DNA of 32,000 bases from an uncultured Bacilli bacterium. GTDB lineage: Bacteria; Bacillota_I; Bacilli_A; RF39; UBA660. The translations under genes and the position numbers were made by a program. Where the stretch lies: the NCBI GenBank assembly GCA_947627435.1, contig CANQWB010000004.1, positions 19,331-51,330 of the forward strand, in the 5' to 3' direction. The notes beneath the pieces were generated by a model, which made no database searches, was not told the origin of the DNA, and saw nothing but the letters and a program-made list of their open reading frames with translations. The stretch's first letter is position 1. Each line of letters opens with the position of its first letter. Below are positions 14,343-23,704 of this stretch, piece by piece.

Positions 14343-15782
14343 TTATCCTAATAATAGCATCAATACAATGAAAATGACTATGACAAGGAATGCTAATAAT
14401 AAATATTTCCAAATATTCTTAAACCATTCTGTATAAGAAATATCCAAATATTTCAGTCCTGCTACCAAAATAACACTCGTTGGTGCAATCAACATCACAA
14501 GACCATGTATCATTTGCATTAACATACCAATAAATCCATAATTGGTATATAATGTTGTAATTGGATCATATAAGGCATTTATTAAATAAGGAAAATCATT
14601 ATAGAAAATTCCACCAAATGCAGATAAAATTCCAAATGAGAAAACATTAAATTTACCATTGGTCAATTGCATCAAGAAATCAGCTATCGTATGGAAGAAT
14701 GTAGCACCTGTACTACTACTATTCATTAATAAGAATAGAATATTGGCAGCAATTGCATAAATTGCAACTGGCACCATTGTTTTCACTCCTGTTAAGAATG
14801 ATTGCCATTTTTCTTTTCCTTTTACATCGTAAATCCATGCAATTAACATTGTTGCTACGAATAAGATAATTGCAAGTTCATAACTAGACCAATAACCTAA
14901 TGGATCAACGGTACCAATTATATTTGCAAAAATTGGATATCCTGAAATTTGAAATTCTGTAATAGATGTATGCATATTATTGAAAACATCTACACCAAGT
15001 CCAATTTCCCAATTATACATACTTACCAATGCAAGTACGATCATGAAAATAGAAATGATAATCATAGGTAACATACTTTTCTTTGCTACTACATGATTTT
15101 CATATAAAGGAATTTCTACGGCAGTATCCTTTTTCGCATTTTTCTTTCCTGTTGTAGCATTAGATTTTTGTTTTTCGCTTAAAAATAATACAAATCCAAT
15201 TAACACATTCGTCGCAACTAAGAAGAATAAAATACGACTGACAATAGTATCATTGATACCTGTGCCAAAGAAATAAGTAATATATCCATTTACATTAAAT
15301 CCATAGGTAGAACCCATGTTACCAACTAAAATAGCACCTACTGTAGATAACAGTGCAACAATTTTGTTATACCCTAATTTTAGTATAACAGCTACAAAGA
15401 ATGGTACCATAATAAATAATGGTAATGTAAGTGCTGTCAAAGAAGATAAAAGTGCGAATAAGAAAATTGTAATTGCTAAAAAGATAGCGCCATTTTTCTT
15501 AAACTTATCACTCACTTTTTCTACTATATTGGCATAAACTCCTGTTTGATTTAAGACTCCATAGAATCCTCCAATCAATAATATCACAAATGCTGTTAAT
15601 ACAAACAATGATGTGGATGCAGTTACAATTGGATAACGTAAAATATCAAAAAATCCTAATGGTTCTGTCGCATTTTTTGTTAAAACTCCATTTGTAAATG
15701 ATCCAGATGGAATGATCCAACTAAGAATAACAAATACTAAAAAACATATCCCAATTGCTTTCCATAAATTATTTTTTTTCAT
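14343..15782 (-). CDS. YfcC/DcuC-family polytopic membrane transporter (substrate unknown)
   Basis: I moved the start to the ATG at 15782 (MKKNNLWKAIGICFLVFVILSWIIPSGSF...), which has GGAGG 7 nt upstream. The protein has about 12 or more hydrophobic segments. The N-terminal pattern resembles YfcC-type carriers. The family call is from memory only. Confidence 0.55.
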   Translation of the reverse strand: MKKNNLWKAIGICFLVFVILSWIIPSGSFTNGVLTKNATEPLGFFDILRYPIVTASTSLFVLTAFVILLIGGFYGVLNQTGVYANIVEKVSDKFKKNGAIFLAITIFLFALLSSLTALTLPLFIMVPFFVAVILKLGYNKIVALLSTVGAILVGNMGSTYGFNVNGYITYFFGTGINDTIVSRILFFLVATNVLIGFVLFLSEKQKSNATTGKKNAKKDTAVEIPLYENHVVAKKSMLPMIIISIFMIVLALVSMYNWEIGLGVDVFNNMHTSITEFQISGYPIFANIIGTVDPLGYWSSYELAIILFVATMLIAWIYDVKGKEKWQSFLTGVKTMVPVAIYAIAANILFLLMNSSSTGATFFHTIADFLMQLTNGKFNVFSFGILSAFGGIFYNDFPYLINALYDPITTLYTNYGFIGMLMQMIHGLVMLIAPTSVILVAGLKYLDISYTEWFKNIWKYLLLAFLVIVIFIVLMLLLG

Positions 15783-15909
15783 CTTATTACCTCCATTATC
15801 ATTATAACACATCTAAACATAAATCAAAAATTTTTTTTACTATATTTTTCCAAAATAGATTGATTCTCGAATCAATTTACGATATTTTATAGTATATGGA
15901 TGTGATGTT

Positions 15910-16854
15910 ATGAATCTATTTCAGTATACGAATTCCAATAAACGTTATTACACTTTAGATTATTTTTATAGAAAACTTTTCGGTTCAAAAGTATTTAAAG
16001 TAAGTTTAAATGCTGGTTTTACTTGTCCAAATATTGATGGTACTGTGGGAACGGGTGGTTGTATTTATTGTTCTAGTTTAGGAAGTGGCGATTTTGGTGG
16101 AAATGTAGAGGAAGATTTAAAAACACAATTTGAAACAATCAAAAATATGATGTCTCAAAAATGGCCAGATAGTAAATATATTGGCTATTTTCAAGCACAT
16201 ACAAATACATATGCACCACTTTCTATTTTAAAAGAAAAATATGAATCCATACTCACACTTCCAAATGTCGTCGGACTATCTATCGCAACTAGACCTGATG
16301 CAATTACAGATGAATGTATGAACTATTTAGAAGAATTATCCAAACGAACGTATTTAACAATTGAATTAGGTCTACAAACAATTCATGAAAAAACTGTACA
16401 ATTTATCAATCGCTGTCATACATTAGAATGTTTCGAAACATGTGTACAAAAATTGCGAGAAAGAAATATCAATGTAGTCGTACATATCATCAATGGATTA
16501 CCTTATGAAACAAAAGAAATGATGCTTGAAACAACTGACTATTTAAATCAATTAGATATTCAAGGTATTAAAATTCATATGCTACATATATTAAAACATA
16601 CGAAACTAGGTATCTATTATCAAGCCAAACCATTCCATGTATTAACAAAAGAAGAATATGTCGATATTGTCTGTGATCAATTAGAACGCTTGAGACCCGA
16701 CCTTGTCATCCATCGTATTACAGGTGACCCAGATCCCAATGAATTAATCGAACCAAAGTGGCTATGTAAAAAATTTTGTGTTTTAAATGAAATTGACAAA
16801 GAACTCGCAAAACGAGATACATATCAAGGTATTTACTATCAAAAAAAGGACTAA
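15910..16854 (+). CDS. Radical SAM protein, TIGR01212 (YhcC-like) family
   Basis: 314-aa ORF. KVSLNAGFTCPNIDGTVGTGGCIYCS contains the Cx(n)CxxC cluster context characteristic of TIGR01212. It is followed by GYFQAHTNTY...LSIATRPD...IELGLQT. Confidence 0.8.
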   Translation: MNLFQYTNSNKRYYTLDYFYRKLFGSKVFKVSLNAGFTCPNIDGTVGTGGCIYCSSLGSGDFGGNVEEDLKTQFETIKNMMSQKWPDSKYIGYFQAHTNTYAPLSILKEKYESILTLPNVVGLSIATRPDAITDECMNYLEELSKRTYLTIELGLQTIHEKTVQFINRCHTLECFETCVQKLRERNINVVVHIINGLPYETKEMMLETTDYLNQLDIQGIKIHMLHILKHTKLGIYYQAKPFHVLTKEEYVDIVCDQLERLRPDLVIHRITGDPDPNELIEPKWLCKKFCVLNEIDKELAKRDTYQGIYYQKKD

Positions 16855-17156
16855 TGTTGTCCTCGTTTCCAAAAGGTTTTCATAAAACCTTTTTGTTGTT
16901 CATGATTTGTTTCCATTGGTATTTCTGTCACACCATATTTGATGTATGCCTCTTCCATTGAAAGAAAACCACGCCCTATTAATTTTTCAATCGTTTTCTC
17001 TCCTAAAATTTCATAATAGTAATGTCCACAAAAGACACGATATATTTGGTTCATATTTTTTTGAATCATATAAATATTTACATCATGTTGATTGATCACT
17101 TCGTATACATAATCTAAATCATTATCTGCTTGTAGTTGTTTTTGTTTATTCAGCAT
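16851..17156 (-). CDS. hypothetical protein (about 101 aa) downstream of tex
   Basis: The ORF lies in the same orientation as tex. I prefer the ATG at 17156 (MLNKQKQLQ...), which has AGGTGA upstream. The track's ATG at 17186 lacks an RBS. I recognise no motif. The 3' end overlaps the convergent radical-SAM stop by 4 nt. Confidence 0.4.
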   Translation of the reverse strand: MLNKQKQLQADNDLDYVYEVINQHDVNIYMIQKNMNQIYRVFCGHYYYEILGEKTIEKLIGRGFLSMEEAYIKYGVTEIPMETNHEQQKGFMKTFWKRGQH

Positions 17157-17195
17157 AACATCACCTATCATAGTATATGAAATCATAAGAAATTG

Positions 17196-19349
17196 TTATA
17201 CAGACTTTTCTAATAAAGAAAGAGAAACTTTATTTTTGTCTAAGAAGATTTCATCGACATAACAATCGACAATATCTCCTACATTTACAACTTCCATTGG
17301 ATGTTTAATATAATGATTTGTTAATTTAGAAATATGAGCTAAACCATCATTTTTAAGACCAATATCAATAAATACTCCAAAGTCTACAACATTGCGTACA
17401 GTTCCTTGTAATTTCATTCCCACTTTTAAATCTTCAATATGCAAAATATCACTTCTTAGAATTGGTGCTGGCATTTGGTCACGTGGATCACGGTTTGGTT
17501 TCTTTAAATCTTCTATGATATCCGTAATGGTATATAGATCTGTATTTAAACTACTTGCCATTTGATTGACATCGACTTGATTTAAAGTTTCCACAAATGG
17601 AAAAGTTCCCATTTGTTCTAATTCTAAATGCAATTCTTCTAATAATTTTCGTGTCAGAGCATAACTTTCTGGATGAATAGCAGTACGATCTAATAAATCG
17701 GTAGCATCTGGAATTCGTAAAAAGCCAATCGCTTGTTCATAAGTTTTATCCGTTAATATTTTATTTTTATTTAATTCTTCTCGCGATACGAACTTACCAT
17801 GTTGATCACGGTATGCAATTAATTTATCAATATGTTTTTTGGTAATTCCAGAAACATATTTAAGTAAACTAGGACTTGCAGTATTGATATTGACACCAAC
17901 CTGATTTACCACTTTTTGTACGACAAAATCTAGCGATTCTGATAAACGTTTATTGGATACATCATGTTGATATAATCCAACACCAATACTTTCAGGATCA
18001 ATTTTAACAAGTTCTGAAAGAGGATCTTGTAAACGTCTTCCAATACTAATAGCACTTCGCTCTTCCACATGTAAATCTGGAAATTCTGAGATAGCAAGCT
18101 TAGATGCCGAATACACACTAGCCCCTGCTTCACTGACAATAATATATTCTACTTTACGAGTTGCAGATTGAATCACATCAGCAATAAAAGCTTCACTTTC
18201 ACGACTAGCAGTTCCATTACCAATCGCAATAATATCAATATGATATTGATCAATTAAATTTAAGACTGTCTGTTTGCTCTTTTCGTATTCATTTTTTGGT
18301 TCATGGGGATAGATGACAGAAATAGCAAGTTTCTTTCCTGTTGGATCAATAACAGCTAACTTACAGCCAGTTCGATATGCAGGATCAAATCCTAATACCA
18401 TTTTATCCTTCATGGGTGGTTGTAATAACAATTTTTCTAAGTTGTTTCCAAAGTTTTGAATTGCAACTTCTTCGGCTTTTTCTGTTAAATCCGCACGAAT
18501 TTCACGTTCAATACTAGGTGCAACCAAACGTTTATAACTATCTTGGATCGCCTGTTTTACTTCTGAGCAAACAAAAGATGCTTCATTTTTGATAATTTTC
18601 GATTCTAAAAATGCAAGAATTGGTTCTACTTCAACCACAATGGAAACAGATAATACTTTTTCATTTTCACCGCGATTTAAAGCAAGCACACGGTGTGGTT
18701 TTACTTGTTTCACTGTTTCTTTATAGTCGTAATACATCTCATATATTTTCATTTCATCTTTAGCATCTTTTTTTACCTTAGATTCTATTACACCATTATG
18801 ATACATATAACTACGAATCCATTTACGATAATAAGCATTATCGCTAAACCATTCTGCCATAATATAACGAGCACCTTCTAAAGCGGATTCTACTGTTGCA
18901 ACTTTTTCATTTATAAAACGCGTTGCTAGACTGATCATATCACCTGTTGTTGGAAAAGATAATATCATTTTCGCAAGAGGTTCTAATCCTAAAGCAATGG
19001 CTTCTGTAGCTTTTGTTTTTTTCTTTTCTTTATAAGGTCGATATAAGTCTTCTATTTCTACCAATTTACCTGCTTTTTCAATTTTTTCTTTGAGTTCTTC
19101 TGTCAACATTCCTTTTTCGTCAATCAAACGAATGACATCTTCTTTTCTTTTTTGAAGATTGACTTGATATGCATATACTTCATTGATTTTTCGGATTTGT
19201 TCTTCATCTAAAGCACCTGTTACTTCTTTACGGTAACGAGCAATAAAAGGAATTGTATTTCCTTGTTCTAACAATTGTAGTGTTGCTTCTACTTGTTTAT
19301 TTTTTACATTTAATGTTTCACATATATTTTGAATAATTTCTTGATTCAT
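17196..19349 (-). CDS. tex: Tex-like transcription accessory protein (YqgF/RuvC-like, HhH and C-terminal S1 domains)
   Basis: 717-aa ORF. The N-terminus IPFIARYRKE is the Tex signature. GFDPAYRTGCKLAVID is the YqgF-like part. The C-terminal S1 domain reads GMKLQGTVRNVVDFGVFIDIGLKNDGLAHISKL. Confidence 0.9.
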   Translation of the reverse strand: MNQEIIQNICETLNVKNKQVEATLQLLEQGNTIPFIARYRKEVTGALDEEQIRKINEVYAYQVNLQKRKEDVIRLIDEKGMLTEELKEKIEKAGKLVEIEDLYRPYKEKKKTKATEAIALGLEPLAKMILSFPTTGDMISLATRFINEKVATVESALEGARYIMAEWFSDNAYYRKWIRSYMYHNGVIESKVKKDAKDEMKIYEMYYDYKETVKQVKPHRVLALNRGENEKVLSVSIVVEVEPILAFLESKIIKNEASFVCSEVKQAIQDSYKRLVAPSIEREIRADLTEKAEEVAIQNFGNNLEKLLLQPPMKDKMVLGFDPAYRTGCKLAVIDPTGKKLAISVIYPHEPKNEYEKSKQTVLNLIDQYHIDIIAIGNGTASRESEAFIADVIQSATRKVEYIIVSEAGASVYSASKLAISEFPDLHVEERSAISIGRRLQDPLSELVKIDPESIGVGLYQHDVSNKRLSESLDFVVQKVVNQVGVNINTASPSLLKYVSGITKKHIDKLIAYRDQHGKFVSREELNKNKILTDKTYEQAIGFLRIPDATDLLDRTAIHPESYALTRKLLEELHLELEQMGTFPFVETLNQVDVNQMASSLNTDLYTITDIIEDLKKPNRDPRDQMPAPILRSDILHIEDLKVGMKLQGTVRNVVDFGVFIDIGLKNDGLAHISKLTNHYIKHPMEVVNVGDIVDCYVDEIFLDKNKVSLSLLEKSV

Positions 19350-19361
19350 AATTTCCTCTTT

Positions 19362-20183
19362 CTATTTTTGACATTTAGGACAATAATAAGTACCTCTACC
19401 ACCTACTGTGATTTTTTGAATGGTTGTTCCACAATACCTACATGGTTCTCCTTCTTTTCCATGGACAAATAAATTTTGTTGAAAACGTCCATGCACACCT
19501 TCACTCGATTCATAACTACGAATGGTAGTTCCTCCTTTAATAATCGCATCTGTCAATACTTGTCTTGTATTTTGAATGATTTTTTCTAATTCTTTTGGTT
19601 TCACTTGATTACTTTTTTTCGTAGGTTTTATTTTACTTAAAAAAAGAATTTCATTCGCATAAATGTTCCCAATTCCTGCAATGATACTTTGATCTAACAA
19701 ACTGGTTTTAATAGGAATTATTTTTTGTTTTAATTTTTTTTGTAAATAAGATACCGTTAAATGGGCATCCCATGGTTCTAATCCTAAATCTATCAATGGT
19801 GGTAAATTCCATACTTTTTCTTTTTCTATCAAATGCATACGACCAAATTTACGTGTATCTTTATAGCGCAATTCTTCTCCAGTATCTAGGATGAAAGCAA
19901 TATGTTCATGTTTATCCATGTCATCTCCTTGGGTACGGAAAACATATCTACCTTCCATACGCAGATGGCTGAGTAAATAATAATGGTCTAATTCCAATAA
20001 CAGCCATTTGCCTCTTCGTTCTAAATTATGAATGGTTTCTCCTACAATTTGATGAACAAACTCTTGTGCAGTTGGTGTTTCAATCAATTTTGGATAAGAT
20101 AGCAAGACCCCTACGATTTTACGATTGATGAGCTTTTTCTTTAACGCTTCTTTTACAGTTTCTACTTCTGGTAATTCTGGCAT
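19362..20183 (-). CDS. mutM: Formamidopyrimidine-DNA glycosylase
   Basis: I set the start at the ATG at 20183 so that the protein begins MPELPEVETV. The catalytic N-terminal Pro requires this start. The C-terminal zinc finger is CRYCGTTIQKITVGGRGTYYCPKCQ. The RBS is AGGTGA. Confidence 0.9.
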   Translation of the reverse strand: MPELPEVETVKEALKKKLINRKIVGVLLSYPKLIETPTAQEFVHQIVGETIHNLERRGKWLLLELDHYYLLSHLRMEGRYVFRTQGDDMDKHEHIAFILDTGEELRYKDTRKFGRMHLIEKEKVWNLPPLIDLGLEPWDAHLTVSYLQKKLKQKIIPIKTSLLDQSIIAGIGNIYANEILFLSKIKPTKKSNQVKPKELEKIIQNTRQVLTDAIIKGGTTIRSYESSEGVHGRFQQNLFVHGKEGEPCRYCGTTIQKITVGGRGTYYCPKCQK

Positions 20184-20255
20184 AATATCACCTAATTTAT
20201 AGTTTACCATAAATCATGTCGATTTGTAATTGGTAATAAAAAGAAAAAGAGTAAA

Positions 20256-21119
20256 CTACTCTTCATCAATATCTACTGGATTCACATGAATATTGATATA
20301 TCTAGCGCGATGATCATAATCCTTTAATTTCTGTTCTATTTGTTCGACAATATTGTGAACTTCTTTTAATGGTAAATTTTGATCCATTCCAACTTCTCCA
20401 GTAATTTGAAAATATGGTCCATTTTTAATGACCGCAAAATGATCTATGGAAATGACTTGATCATCTTTTAGTAATTCTAACATTTCTTCTATATCCATAT
20501 CACTTACTTGTTCTCCAATCATACTACTCATATTTTCTTTTATTACGTCAAACCCTGTTTTGGTTACCAAAATACCTACAATGATAGTTGCAACCAAATT
20601 GGAATATTTGAGTATGAAATATTCGCTGGAAAACTGCATCAGTATACTAGATAGTAAAACAAAAATAGAACTTACGACATCCATACTACTTTCTTTTCCA
20701 CTGGAAATTAAAATTTGATTGTTTTCTCTTTTACCAATTCGCAGTAAATAACGAGATAATAATAGTTTAAGAAAAATAGTCAGTATACTTACTACAATTA
20801 CTAGTTTACTTGGAATCACAATTTCTTGTTCAAATGCATTGGATATAATTTCTAATCCTAAAGCCAGTATGACAATTCCAATTACAAAACAAGTTAAATA
20901 TTCGACTTTCCCATGACCAAAAGGATGTTCTTTATCGGCAGGTTTCATCGCATAACGATTTCCAAAAATCGCAACTGAATCGGTTGCTAAATCACTGAAA
21001 GAATGAATACCATCTGCTATTAAAGCACTGGAATATCCAACAATACCTACAATTATTTTGGAAATAGATAAAAATAAATTGACAATAAAACTTTTTAATA
21101 ACGCTTTCGTTGTATGCAC
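20256..21119 (-). CDS. Cation diffusion facilitator (CDF) family metal efflux transporter
   Basis: 287 aa with a GTG start. The six-TM N-terminal half contains ALIADGIHSFSDLATD and HPFGHGKVE. A cytoplasmic C-terminal domain follows. Confidence 0.8.
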   Translation of the reverse strand: MHTTKALLKSFIVNLFLSISKIIVGIVGYSSALIADGIHSFSDLATDSVAIFGNRYAMKPADKEHPFGHGKVEYLTCFVIGIVILALGLEIISNAFEQEIVIPSKLVIVVSILTIFLKLLLSRYLLRIGKRENNQILISSGKESSMDVVSSIFVLLSSILMQFSSEYFILKYSNLVATIIVGILVTKTGFDVIKENMSSMIGEQVSDMDIEEMLELLKDDQVISIDHFAVIKNGPYFQITGEVGMDQNLPLKEVHNIVEQIEQKLKDYDHRARYINIHVNPVDIDEE

Positions 21120-21183
21120 ACGATCACTTCCTTTGTTATTCTATGAAACAGAACGCAATTTGTTTGATACATTCTTCCTATGA

Positions 21184-21211
21184 TAAAAGAAAATGTAGAT
21201 TTATTCTACAT
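21184..21211 (-). terminator. intrinsic terminator after the lipoprotein gene
   Basis: ATGTAGA-ataaa-TCTACAT is followed by TTTTCTTTT on the minus strand, 4 nt past the stop at 21215. Confidence 0.6.
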
Positions 21212-21214
21212 CTC

Positions 21215-22339
21215 TTATTTTATGGTACGTGTGAGTACATGTTGTTTTTCTTGATTCAGTTGTTTTTCCAAAGCAATTACTTCATCATAAGTTAATGTTG
21301 TTTTGTTCTCTAAATCTCCTGTCAAATATGGTGTGATGTCATTAATAGTTTCAATATCACCAGGATGATAATCACCTAATGATTCTATAAATTCACGATT
21401 AGATGATGTAAATTTTTCAATATAAAGTGGTTGTGAATCTCCTTGAGTATCGTATTTTTTTTGATATTCATAAACTGGTTCAAACCTACATTTAATTGCA
21501 TTTTCTGGATTAGAAATACTATATACATACCTAACTCTATGATTTGTATCTGCATTTTCAAGATCAGGATTTTCATACAATTCTACGTATAGATTAGCAT
21601 ATATGATAAAATATTGATCATGATATTTGAATATTTTTAACAGTTTTGAATCATAAGTTAAAATGTTAAAGTAATTGTATATATTATAAGTGGGCTCTCC
21701 TAATATTTGTTCAATATTTTTCAAATCTTCAACGCTATAAGTACTTTGAAGATCGTATTCTTTTGGCATGATAAAATCCATTGTACCAGCAATTGTAACG
21801 GGATTTAAGAGAGCTGTTTGCACTGTATAATCTGGCACTGACAATCCTAATAAATTGCTATATAATACAGGAATATTGCTACAAGAATTTAATATATCAC
21901 CATCATAAACATATTCATATTGTTGATAAAATAAATTAGGATTTGTAACACTTAAATATGAAGTTTGTGATACACTATAATCATTAAAATATCCTGGAGC
22001 ATTAAAATATTCTGTTCCTTCAAAATTTCCCTCTACAAAATGATATTGTGGATGACCAGATCCATCATTGATTACAATAATATCCAGTTCTGTTGGTTTA
22101 TAATCTTGTTGCAAAGAAGCAACTAACAATTTATTTTGTTGTTCTAACAAATCTAATCTCTGTAAAATAGATTCTTCAATATTCTCAGAGTATAAAATTT
22201 CTTTTAAACTTTCATTTTCCTCTGATAAACTTTCTATTGTACTTTCTGCATCCGTTTCGTTCGTTTTACCACAACTACTCAAACCTAGTGTTGTTGCAAG
22301 TCCAAACAATAATAATTTCTTTTTATAATGGTTCATCAT
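21215..22339 (-). CDS. hypothetical lipoprotein
   Basis: 374 aa with RBS AGGGGGA. The signal peptide has a lipobox (LATTLGLSS-C-GK). The mature part is Y/N/E-rich, and I recognise no motif in it. Confidence 0.7.
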   Translation of the reverse strand: MMNHYKKKLLLFGLATTLGLSSCGKTNETDAESTIESLSEENESLKEILYSENIEESILQRLDLLEQQNKLLVASLQQDYKPTELDIIVINDGSGHPQYHFVEGNFEGTEYFNAPGYFNDYSVSQTSYLSVTNPNLFYQQYEYVYDGDILNSCSNIPVLYSNLLGLSVPDYTVQTALLNPVTIAGTMDFIMPKEYDLQSTYSVEDLKNIEQILGEPTYNIYNYFNILTYDSKLLKIFKYHDQYFIIYANLYVELYENPDLENADTNHRVRYVYSISNPENAIKCRFEPVYEYQKKYDTQGDSQPLYIEKFTSSNREFIESLGDYHPGDIETINDITPYLTGDLENKTTLTYDEVIALEKQLNQEKQHVLTRTIK

Positions 22340-22419
22340 TTATCCCCCTAACATGAAACTTTTTTAATTATACATAAATAAATTTTTTATGTCAACGTTT
22401 TTTTGTAATCACAGTTTTG

Positions 22420-22459
22420 CCACTCATATAAGGTTGTAATGCTTTTGATATTAGAATAC
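22420..22459 (-). repeat. left copy of a 40-nt imperfect direct repeat; displaced relic of the serS 3' end
   Basis: ccactcatataaggttgtaatgcttttgatattagaatac is compared with 23730-23769, ccacccatataaggctgtaatgcttttggtattagaatac (37/40 identical). Read on the minus strand and continued to a TGA at 22392-22394, it encodes ILISKALQPYMSGKTVITKKR*. That is a plausible SerRS C-terminus. Confidence 0.8.
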
Positions 22460-22490
22460 AAGATAACATACAAAAAAACATATAAGATAA

Positions 22491-22519
22491 TTGACTATTA
22501 TTGTTTTCTTTAGTATAAT
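22491..22519 (+). promoter_or_regulatory. sigma-A type promoter of the Fic gene
   Basis: TTGACT (22491-22496), a 17-nt spacer, and TATAAT (22514-22519). It lies about 28 nt upstream of the ATG at 22547. Confidence 0.6.
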
Positions 22520-22546
22520 AATAGTATTATAAATGAGGTGATTTTA

Positions 22547-23539
22547 ATGAACAAATATACTCCACCTTTTGAAATAACAAATAAAATGCTCGACTTAGTT
22601 GCTTCCATAATGAAAAAAATAGGAAAATTAGATAATTATAAAGATTTAAGTAAATTACCAATTTTAAGAAGAAACAATCGCATTCACTCTATACATTCTT
22701 CGCTTGCGATAGAAGATAATTCTTTATCTTTTAAAGAAGTAAAAGATATTATCGATGGAAAAATAGTTGTTGGTAATCAAAGAGAAATACAAGAAGTAAA
22801 AAATGCTTATAAAGCCTATGAAATGATGAAACAAATAAATCCATATTCTATAAAAGATTTAAAAAAAATTCATGGCATAATGACTTTTTTAACAGTTCAA
22901 GAATCAGGAGAATTTAGAAAGGGTAATGAAGGAGTTTTCGATGGAGATAAATGTATTCATATGTGTCCGAAACCTGAAATGGTAAATTCACTTATGGAAC
23001 AGTTATTTGATTGGATGAAGAAAAATAAAAATACTATTCACCCTTTAATATTATCATCAGTATTTCACTATGAATTTGTTTTTATTCACCCATTTAGTGA
23101 TGGAAATGGAAGAACTGTAAGATTATGGCAAAACATACTGTTATCTAATTGGGAAAATATCTTTGAATATGTTCCAATAGAATCTCAAATAAAAGAATAT
23201 CAGGATGAATATTATAAAACAATCAATAACTGCAATTTAAAAGGAAATTCAACTGAATTTATTGAATTTATGTTAAAAATGATTGATGAAATTTTAGAAA
23301 GTTTAATGGAAAGTACAACAATTGAAGCAAACCATATTAGTATTTATGTTAAAAAGTTGTTAAATATAATGGAAGAACAACCAGCTATGACAACCAAAGA
23401 ATTAATGGATAAATTAGGACTAAAATCAAGATTATCATTTAGAAAAAATTATATAGATCCAGCTCTTGCAAATGGTCTTATAAAAATGACAAATCCAGAA
23501 AAACCAACTAGTAAAAATCAACGTTATTATAAAGTTTAA
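22547..23539 (+). CDS. Fic-family protein (probable AMP/nucleotidyl transferase) with an N-terminal inhibitory-helix motif and a C-terminal wHTH-like tail
   Basis: I set the start at the ATG at 22547, which has GAGGTG 6 nt upstream. The track's GTG start lies inside that RBS. The Fic active-site motif HPFSDGNGRTVR is at 23087-23122. The upstream motif SSLAIEDN (22700-22717) fits the (S/T)xxxE inhibitory motif. Confidence 0.9.
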   Translation: MNKYTPPFEITNKMLDLVASIMKKIGKLDNYKDLSKLPILRRNNRIHSIHSSLAIEDNSLSFKEVKDIIDGKIVVGNQREIQEVKNAYKAYEMMKQINPYSIKDLKKIHGIMTFLTVQESGEFRKGNEGVFDGDKCIHMCPKPEMVNSLMEQLFDWMKKNKNTIHPLILSSVFHYEFVFIHPFSDGNGRTVRLWQNILLSNWENIFEYVPIESQIKEYQDEYYKTINNCNLKGNSTEFIEFMLKMIDEILESLMESTTIEANHISIYVKKLLNIMEEQPAMTTKELMDKLGLKSRLSFRKNYIDPALANGLIKMTNPEKPTSKNQRYYKV

Positions 23540-23704
23540 GCAATAAAGAAGAAACAATCATTTTCATTTTTATTGTAACTAAAAATATGTCAATAAATAT
23601 AAGTAAATAAAAGAAGTAATATAATAGTTCTTCAATGTTTTTGAAAGATCATTTATATATACTTCTTTTTTTAATAAACAGCTAACTTTTTTGTACACGA
23701 ATAC

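Noticed and set aside
23615-23690. Inverted repeat AAAAGAAGTA ... TACTTCTTTTT between the convergent Fic and serS genes. It could be a shared terminator or an att-site arm.
   Set aside because: The loop is about 43 nt, too long for a credible intrinsic terminator, and the arms are short and AT-rich. The shared 12-mer with the terminator at 12399-12423 is plausibly chance in this composition.
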